A stretch of DNA of 64,000 nt. Origin: Thermoanaerobaculia bacterium. Its GTDB lineage: Bacteria > Acidobacteriota > Thermoanaerobaculia > Gp7-AA8. Positions 57,960 through 64,000 of this stretch are shown here, piece by piece. Each line of letters opens with the position of its first letter. Position 1 is the first letter of the stretch. The stretch spans positions 4,899,892-4,963,891 of the forward strand of contig OY970284.1 in NCBI GenBank assembly GCA_963715895.1, read 5' to 3'. A program made the position numbers and the translations under genes. Below the pieces are notes generated by a model, which saw nothing but the letters and a program-made list of their open reading frames with translations, had not been told where the DNA came from and ran no database searches.

Positions 57960-58618
57960 GCCACACGCCCGTCGATGATCGTGACCGTCCGGCTGACCGA
58001 TGCCGCCGCCTCGCGGTCGTGCGTCACCACCAGCAGCGTCTTTCCTTCACCCGACAACTCGCCGAACAGTTGGAAGATGGCGATGCTCGTCTCCGAATCG
58101 AGATTGCCGGTCGGCTCGTCGGCCAGGATGACCGGCGGATCGTTCGCCAGCGCCCGGGCGATGGCGACGCGCTGCTGCTGTCCGCCGGAAAGGGCGGAGG
58201 GGAGCTTGTCCGCCTGATCGGCGACGCCGACGCGATCGAGCAACGACATCGCATGCTTCCGCCGCTCGCTCCCCGGCCGTACGCCGCAGAAGTCCATCGG
58301 CAGCATGACGTTCTCGGCCACGGTCAGCGTCGGCAGCAGTTGAAAGAACTGAAAGACGAATCCAACGGTGCGGCCGCGCCACGACGCCAGCTCGCTGTGC
58401 GTCAGCCCCTGAATGCTCCTGCCGCCGACGGTCAACGACCCCGACGACGGCCGGTCGATGCCTCCGACCATGTTGAGCAGCGTCGACTTTCCGCTCCCCG
58501 ACTTGCCGACGATGGCCACAAACTCGCCGGCGGCGATCTCGAGGTCGATGTTGCGGAGCGCGGGGAAGGCGCCGGCAGGCGTTTCGTAGGTCTTGGAGAG
58601 CGCTTGCACATGGATCAT
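57956..58618 (-). CDS. ABC transporter ATP-binding protein (LolD/MacB-type)
   Basis: [39 protein letters not shown]. Confidence 0.96.
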   Translation of the reverse strand: MIHVQALSKTYETPAGAFPALRNIDLEIAAGEFVAIVGKSGSGKSTLLNMVGGIDRPSSGSLTVGGRSIQGLTHSELASWRGRTVGFVFQFFQLLPTLTVAENVMLPMDFCGVRPGSERRKHAMSLLDRVGVADQADKLPSALSGGQQQRVAIARALANDPPVILADEPTGNLDSETSIAIFQLFGELSGEGKTLLVVTHDREAAASVSRTVTIIDGRVA

Positions 58619-58643
58619 GCCGCGCAGGGTGCGCGAGTCACAC

Positions 58644-58682
58644 TGAATGAAGGTTGAATGGCTCGTTCAGGTGTGGTTCAGG
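58644..58682. promoter_or_regulatory. Two oppositely oriented OmpR/PhoP-type direct-repeat boxes
   Basis: TGAATG x2 (58644, 58655) and GTTCAGG x2 (58665, 58676), each at 11-bp period, between the divergent ABC and response regulator genes. Confidence 0.6.
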
Positions 58683-58698
58683 TTTGGGTGTGCTATTG

Positions 58699-58861
58699 GG
58701 TTATCGGTTATCGGTTATCGGTTATCGGTTGTCGGTTGTCGGTTGTCGGTTGTCGGTGGGCAATGGGTCGGTCATCAACGCATACGTCGGCCATCTCTTC
58801 ACCCAGCCGACGACCGACAGCCCACAACAACCGATAACCGACAACCGACAACCGATAACCG
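58699..58861. repeat. Inverted heptamer tandem repeat
   Basis: (GGTTATC)4(GGTTGTC)4 at 58699-58754 and complementary AACCGA(T/C) x4+ at 58829-58861. Confidence 0.9.
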
Positions 58862-58875
58862 CCTCACGAACCCCC

Positions 58876-59538
58876 ATGCGTATCCTCATCGCCGAAGACG
58901 AACCCGCCCTCTCCCGCCAGCTCGAAGCCGCGCTGACCGATTCCGGTTACGCCGTCGATTGTGCGTTTGACGGCGAACGCGCCGATTTCCTCGGCGCTAC
59001 CGAGTCCTACGACGCCATCGTCCTCGACCTCGGATTGCCGAAAGTGGACGGACTGACGGTGCTCCGCCGCTGGCGCGATGCCGGCCTGGGCGTCCCCGTG
59101 CTCGTGCTGACGGCGCGCGATAGCTGGCACGAGAAGGTCCGCGGCATCGACAGCGGCGCGGACGACTACGTCGCCAAGCCCTTTCAGATGGAAGAGGTGC
59201 TGGCCCGCCTGCGCGCCCTGATCCGCCGCGCCAGCGGACAGGTCAGCCCCGAGCTTCGCTGCGGCGACGTCGTGCTCGATCCCCGCAGCGCCCGCGTCAC
59301 GCGCGGCGGCGCGACGGTGAAACTGACCGGCCACGAGTTCCGCGTGCTCTCGTACCTCATGCACCACCGCAACCGGGTCGTTTCGCAGAATGAGTTGACG
59401 GAGCACATCTACGCGCAGAGCTTCGATCGCGACTCGAACACAGTGGAGGTCTTTATCGCCCGCCTGCGCCGCAAGCTCGGCGCGTCCTTCATCGAAACCG
59501 TTCGCGGCCTCGGCTATCGAATCGAGGAGGAACGATGA
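58876..59538 (+). CDS. OmpR/PhoP-family response regulator
   Basis: MRILIAEDE, VLDLGLP, LTARD, GADDYVAKPF, IETVRGLGY. Confidence 0.96.
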   Translation: MRILIAEDEPALSRQLEAALTDSGYAVDCAFDGERADFLGATESYDAIVLDLGLPKVDGLTVLRRWRDAGLGVPVLVLTARDSWHEKVRGIDSGADDYVAKPFQMEEVLARLRALIRRASGQVSPELRCGDVVLDPRSARVTRGGATVKLTGHEFRVLSYLMHHRNRVVSQNELTEHIYAQSFDRDSNTVEVFIARLRRKLGASFIETVRGLGYRIEEER

Positions 59539-60512
59539 AGTCGTTCCGCACGCGTCTTCTCATCGGCTCGATCATCTTCGCCGGCGGCATGCTGGCCGTC
59601 TTTCACCTGGCATCGATGACGCTGTTCCGGCGCTTTCCGAACTCGTTCGTCATGCGCATCGACCACGTGTCGATCGTGGGCATGGCGCTGATCTTCATCG
59701 TCATCGGCGTCACGATGATGCGCCGCGGTCTCTCGCCGTTCGACGAGCTTCGCGCCCGGCTGACGAACGTCCGCAACGGCAGCGAGAAGCGCCTCGAAGG
59801 ACGCTATCCCTCCGAGGTCCAGCCGCTGGTCAACGACCTCAACGCGCTGCTCGACCATCGCGACGAAGTCGTCCGCCGGGCGCTGGGCAAGGCCGGCGAT
59901 CTCGCGCACGGCCTGAAGACGCCGCTGGCTGTCCTCGTCCTCGAAGCACAGCGCGCCGAGAATGACGGACAACATGAACTGGCCGCCGAGATGCGCATGC
60001 AGCTCGACCGGATGCGCCGCCAGATCGACTACCACCTCGCCCACGCCCGCGCCGCCGCCTCCGGTTCCACCCTCGGCGCCCGCAACTCCGTCCTCGACTC
60101 CGCGACTGCCCTCGCCCGAACGCTCCTCCGACTCCACGCCGACCGCGGCCTGACCATCGACGTCCGCGTCGATCCCGACCACACCGTCCAGGTCCAACGC
60201 GAAGACCTCGACGAGATGCTCGGCAACCTCCTCGACAACGCCTGCAAATTCGCCCGCTCCCGCGTGGTGATCACGTCGTCGGTCAACGGATCCTCCGTCC
60301 TCATCACCGTCGACGACGACGGCCCCGGCCTCGAACCCACGTTACGCGCCGCCGTCCTCCAGCGCGGCGTCCGAGCCGACGAAGCCGCGCCCGGGTCGGG
60401 ATTCGGACTGGCCATCGTGCGGGATCTGGCGGAGCTGTATGGCGGGTCGATCGCGCTGGAACGTTCGCCGCAGGGTGGGGTGCGGGCGGGGTTGGGGTTG
60501 GGGGGATCTTGA
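59535..60512 (+). CDS. Sensor histidine kinase (PhoQ/QseC-like, minimal sensor loop)
   Basis: Two TMs, LAHGLKTPL, GNLLDNACK, DDDGPG, GSGFGLAIV. Confidence 0.95.
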   Translation: MKSFRTRLLIGSIIFAGGMLAVFHLASMTLFRRFPNSFVMRIDHVSIVGMALIFIVIGVTMMRRGLSPFDELRARLTNVRNGSEKRLEGRYPSEVQPLVNDLNALLDHRDEVVRRALGKAGDLAHGLKTPLAVLVLEAQRAENDGQHELAAEMRMQLDRMRRQIDYHLAHARAAASGSTLGARNSVLDSATALARTLLRLHADRGLTIDVRVDPDHTVQVQREDLDEMLGNLLDNACKFARSRVVITSSVNGSSVLITVDDDGPGLEPTLRAAVLQRGVRADEAAPGSGFGLAIVRDLAELYGGSIALERSPQGGVRAGLGLGGS

Positions 60513-60528
60513 TCAGACGGACCAAGAC

Positions 60529-63321
60529 TCAGGGCTCCCGAGATTTCATGATTCTGATGCCTTCGAAAGCGGGCAGGTGACCATCGACACGCAGTTGAAG
60601 GATTGCCAGTGGCTGGTGGATAAGGTTGATGACCAGATCTGCAAAGGTGGACGCCCGTGGAATCCGGCCCTTGGATTGTTGCAACTCCACATTCGGAATC
60701 TCCCGGAGGATGGCTAAGGCTAGAGCGCGGCGTGCTGATTGTTGCAACTCCACACACGGATGCTTCCCGAAATGGTTGGCTAAGACTAGAGCGAGAATGC
60801 TCGCCCTGCTGCGAGCCTTTTCGAGGGGAACGGCAAGGTCCCGCTCATGGACGCATTTGAGTGCGCGAATTAACAAGATACTGAATTCAGAAGGGATTCG
60901 ATTGCCTTCGCATACAGTGTTATACGCGTCAATGATAGTTGTCAAAACGGACGCGCGATGGCCTAGATTGAAGGCGTGGTCGCGGGGCATACGACTGCGA
61001 GCGAGATCGAGGCTCATGTCGAGGACGTAGCCGAGCGCGGAGATGCTGCTGTCAAGGTCGACGTGGGATTGGTCGCGGTCAAAATCTAGGGCTCTAGAGC
61101 GATCCAGTTCGACGACATCATACAATGCAATATTAAGAGCGCCATCCGGGCCAAAGAGGTCGCCGAATTCTTCGAAATACAGATACTGATCATTGGCTTG
61201 CTGAGGCTCAGCACTTTTTGCTGCGTTCACACAGTTTGGGCCGGCCTGTGATCGCGCCCAGAAGGTTATCGACAATTCTCGGTCATGTTCTAGTTCCTCG
61301 ACTAGCGGCAACCGGTAGCTCCAAACACCGCCCTCCCGTGCTGTTAGCCAGTCGCAAAACTCTTCCGCGTCCGACGGTCTCATACCTACGACTGGCTTTC
61401 TACCTGAGTCTGAAGGATACGTGTACGTGCTCCAGTGGTCCGGCTGACGGAACTTACCGCGAGCACGCAACTCGTCGAGAAATAGCTGGTACTCAGCGTG
61501 GGTGATCAGTGTGTCGTCGATGTAGCGGTGCTCATCCAGTCGAACAAGACTGCGCAACCGTCGATTGAGAAGAGCTTCGGCGACAATTCGACGCCGCTCC
61601 GAGTCAGGGGATTCGATCTCGTGAGAGAGCACTCTATCAATACGTGCCCTTACATCGGGCTTCAGTTCGCGTGCTTCTTCTCCACATTCGAGTGCCAAAG
61701 CGAGAGCTCCGGCCGAACTTGTATTATCCAGACATGCGGCCACGATGTTGGTAGCGTCACTCTGAGCCGAAAAAAGACGCAGAGCCTCATGCCACCATGT
61801 GTCTCCTGTATGCGCGGCAAGTTCGTCTTGCAAGCCGCGCTCTCTGGCGTGCGAAGCTGCCAAGTATTCCTGAAAAGTCAGGTGAGCAAAGACGTAGACA
61901 CCGTTCTCACGTTCGAGGAGCAGCCCGCTCGAGTCTTCCACATTACGAAGGAAATCGTCGGGTGACAGCGAAGAGGTAACGCGAGAGAGCGCCTGGGCGA
62001 TCGCCGAGGCGGCGTCCTGTCGCACGATCTCACGCTTGTTGCCGGTCATCATGGCCCATGCCAGCGGCTCCAGAACTCGCTTCTTCTGTTCCGGCGTGAA
62101 ATCGAGGGAGATGCCACGAGCCTGCTGGCGCTTGCCGAGAAAGACTTCGCAGATGTCGTGGTAAAGCTCGACACGGCGCCCCGGTAATGTGCTTTGGTAG
62201 CGGTGAACCGTAGCGATCATGGTGAGAAGCAGAGGATTCACGGCCAGATCGGAGAGTGCAGAATTGCCACGCAACCGGCGCATGAGATCCGATGCGCCAT
62301 CGCGCGCCGCCATGTCGACGCCGGGATCTTTCTTCCCTGTGGCGACTGTCTCGGTAGCCAGATACCAGTTGCTCACAAATCGTTCCACCTGCGGCCAGGT
62401 GAACGTGAGCACCTGCAGCACGGTGACGCCTTCAAGCGGATTGCTGCGGTAGCCAAAGGGTCGAGAGGTGACGATGAATCGATCGTTGCCGTGGCGAGTC
62501 ATCTGCCGCTCAACCCATTCGACGACCAGACGCCGGAGATCGGGGTCGGCAACTTCATCCAGACCGTCAAGGAGAATGAGCCCGCGACCTCTGTCCAATT
62601 CGTTCTCGAGCCATCCCTCCGGAGGCTTGAGATCGGCGGCGGTGAGAGCAATGGCAATCACCGCGGTGAGCGTCAATTGCGCATCTTCCTGGATCGCTTT
62701 GGCATGGTCGCGCAGGAAGAGGAGAAACGGGGTGAAGGCGCGGAATCTCCTGTCGCGTCTCGCGGAAAGCATCAGCGCAAGGTGTTTGAGCAGCGTCGTC
62801 TTCCCGCAGCCAGGCGCTCCGATGACCGCGAGGTTGGCTCCTTCGGTGTGGCTGAGCTCCAGATAATCCCAGATCGTGTGCCGCTCTCCTGCCGAGGAGG
62901 TGATGGGATCGGGCTTGATGCTCGTGGGTGAGCGCGGATCAACACTGAGCTCCACGAAGACTTGCTCGATTTCGATGGAGTGTGCCCCCTGCGTGCTGAG
63001 GCCTTTGACGTCGAAGGATCGATGCTTGTAGCCGAGGTACGTGAGATAGCGCTTGCGGTACGAAGAGAAGAAAAGCCGAGTCTTGCGGTCGACCCAGTTT
63101 GCACAGGCATCGACCCATCGACTGTTGAGCTTTTCCCAGACCTTGGCGACGAAGCCTGCAACGAGCACGACGAGAGCGGATGCCGCGGCAAGAGCAAGGC
63201 GAAGCCAGTGATCACCCGTGAATTGCGCTGAGGCAGTCCAGACCACTGGCGGAGCGGCCAGCCCAAGAATCGCCAGAATCAACGGCTGCCATCGGCTCGT
63301 CGATGCGGGAGTCGCAGTCAT
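60529..63321 (-). CDS. NACHT NTPase with N-terminal TM helices and a partial FGE-sulfatase-like domain
   Basis: GAPGCGKTT, LLDGLDEV, IVTSR, NPLLL, FAHLTFQEYLAA; ITHAEYQLF...PVVG...FCDWL...YRLP; lower GC. Confidence 0.9.
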   Translation of the reverse strand: MTATPASTSRWQPLILAILGLAAPPVVWTASAQFTGDHWLRLALAAASALVVLVAGFVAKVWEKLNSRWVDACANWVDRKTRLFFSSYRKRYLTYLGYKHRSFDVKGLSTQGAHSIEIEQVFVELSVDPRSPTSIKPDPITSSAGERHTIWDYLELSHTEGANLAVIGAPGCGKTTLLKHLALMLSARRDRRFRAFTPFLLFLRDHAKAIQEDAQLTLTAVIAIALTAADLKPPEGWLENELDRGRGLILLDGLDEVADPDLRRLVVEWVERQMTRHGNDRFIVTSRPFGYRSNPLEGVTVLQVLTFTWPQVERFVSNWYLATETVATGKKDPGVDMAARDGASDLMRRLRGNSALSDLAVNPLLLTMIATVHRYQSTLPGRRVELYHDICEVFLGKRQQARGISLDFTPEQKKRVLEPLAWAMMTGNKREIVRQDAASAIAQALSRVTSSLSPDDFLRNVEDSSGLLLERENGVYVFAHLTFQEYLAASHARERGLQDELAAHTGDTWWHEALRLFSAQSDATNIVAACLDNTSSAGALALALECGEEARELKPDVRARIDRVLSHEIESPDSERRRIVAEALLNRRLRSLVRLDEHRYIDDTLITHAEYQLFLDELRARGKFRQPDHWSTYTYPSDSGRKPVVGMRPSDAEEFCDWLTAREGGVWSYRLPLVEELEHDRELSITFWARSQAGPNCVNAAKSAEPQQANDQYLYFEEFGDLFGPDGALNIALYDVVELDRSRALDFDRDQSHVDLDSSISALGYVLDMSLDLARSRMPRDHAFNLGHRASVLTTIIDAYNTVCEGNRIPSEFSILLIRALKCVHERDLAVPLEKARSRASILALVLANHFGKHPCVELQQSARRALALAILREIPNVELQQSKGRIPRASTFADLVINLIHQPLAILQLRVDGHLPAFEGIRIMKSREP

Positions 63322-63486
63322 GATGCTACCGGCACCTTCCTCGCGGAGACTTTCTCAATATGGGAGTGATGTGCGGATGACTTTACTCCTTCTGAAAACC
63401 GATTTCCGTCCAGGGCGATCCATTTCATCCGCAGAGCGAACTACGAGAGGGGTGCGGGGCGGGGTTGGGGTTGGGTGGGGGAGGTG

Positions 63487-63556
63487 ATCCGCAGATGTCG
63501 CAGATGAACGCAGATTGAAGCGGTTTTATCTGCGTACATCTGCGTCATCTGCGGAT
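63487..63556. repeat. GCAGAT-family intergenic palindrome
   Basis: ATCCGCAGATGTCGCAGATGAACGCAGAT ... ATCTGCGTACATCTGCGTCATCTGCGGAT. Confidence 0.85.
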
Positions 63557-63735
63557 AAAGGCTTTGACTCTCGGCCAGACTCCGGACATTCTCGTAGACG
63601 CGGAGGCGAGACGCCTCCGGGCCAGCCGGCGAGACGCCAGCGCTCCGTTTCGCCGCTTTCGCGGCGGCTGACTACGCGCTCGGGCTCGAACTTTGCTTTT
63701 CGTCGCGAAACGCTTGCGACGTAGGAGAGAGAGCT

Positions 63736-64000
63736 ATGCATCGAATCATCATCGTGACGATCCTGTCGGCACTGGCCACCACCGCTTTCGCGGCCGATCC
63801 TCCACCCGCGAAACCATGGAGCTCCAGCCTCGGCGCGGGGCTGGCCATCACCAGCGGGAACACCGACACGAAGAATTACAACCTGGCCTTCGCCACGAAG
63901 TACGACCCGAAGACGAGGTTCGTGTTCAAGGCGGATGCGCTCTACTTGCGCGGCGACTCGGGCGGGGTGACCCAGGTGGACAAGATGTCGGCGGACGCGC
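63736..64000 (+). CDS. DUF481 / YdiY-like outer-membrane protein (5' part only)
   Basis: MHRIIIVTILSALATTAFAADPPPAKPWSSSLGAGLAITSGNTDT...; runs off the window. Confidence 0.75.
   Translation, partial: MHRIIIVTILSALATTAFAADPPPAKPWSSSLGAGLAITSGNTDTKNYNLAFATKYDPKTRFVFKADALYLRGDSGGVTQVDKMSADA

Noticed and set aside
58699-58861. Possible CRISPR array (also considered for the GCAGAT repeats)
   Set aside because: Units are 7-10 bp with no unique spacers, and no cas genes are present
58654-58875. N-terminal extension of the response regulator (YRLSVIGYRLSVVGC...)
   Set aside because: It is just the translated heptamer repeat; the receiver domain starts at ATG 58876

Overview
High-GC bacterial DNA; gene content and dispersed palindromic repeats suggest Acidobacteriota, probably Thermoanaerobaculia-like (inference). 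Layout: (1) 1-5.4 kb, a beta-glucoside utilisation locus (TonB-dependent receptor, LacI regulator with operator, GH1). (2) 5.4-9.7 kb, one intact and three decayed toxin-antitoxin genes, then a lower-GC two-gene cassette. (3) 9.8-14.7 kb, assorted single genes. (4) 14.9-29.1 kb plus 38.2-53.3 kb, the main finding. An ECF sigma gene is followed by six exact-spacing copies of a promoter-like motif TTCACA-N16-CGTCT (15513+, 25841-, 25874+, 26651+, 51321-, 51369+). These appear to join into one regulon a giant MnxG-like multicopper oxidase with its accessory set (2 SCO, cytochrome c/SBP, beta-propeller), a small peptide with Lys at every 4th residue next to a kinase/NIS-synthetase-like enzyme, a divergent AroD-AroE fusion and a 13-gene tailoring operon (glycosyltransferases, DegT aminotransferase, 2OG-Fe(II) oxygenases, two LLM monooxygenases, an ACAD-fold enzyme, a membrane/LMW-phosphatase fusion, twin small beta-barrels). 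(5) 29.2-38.1 kb, a lower-GC insertion splitting that regulon (S8 peptidase, alpha/beta hydrolase, SIR2, nSTAND1 ATPase; candidate defence system). (6) 53.3-64 kb, REP-like repeats, L,D-transpeptidase/M23, a MacB-type ABC system with a two-component pair, a NACHT gene bracketed by a duplicated G-rich segment, and a partial DUF481 gene. No rRNA, tRNA, CRISPR array, integrase or transposase was seen. All calls come from reading motifs by eye; no database searches were run.
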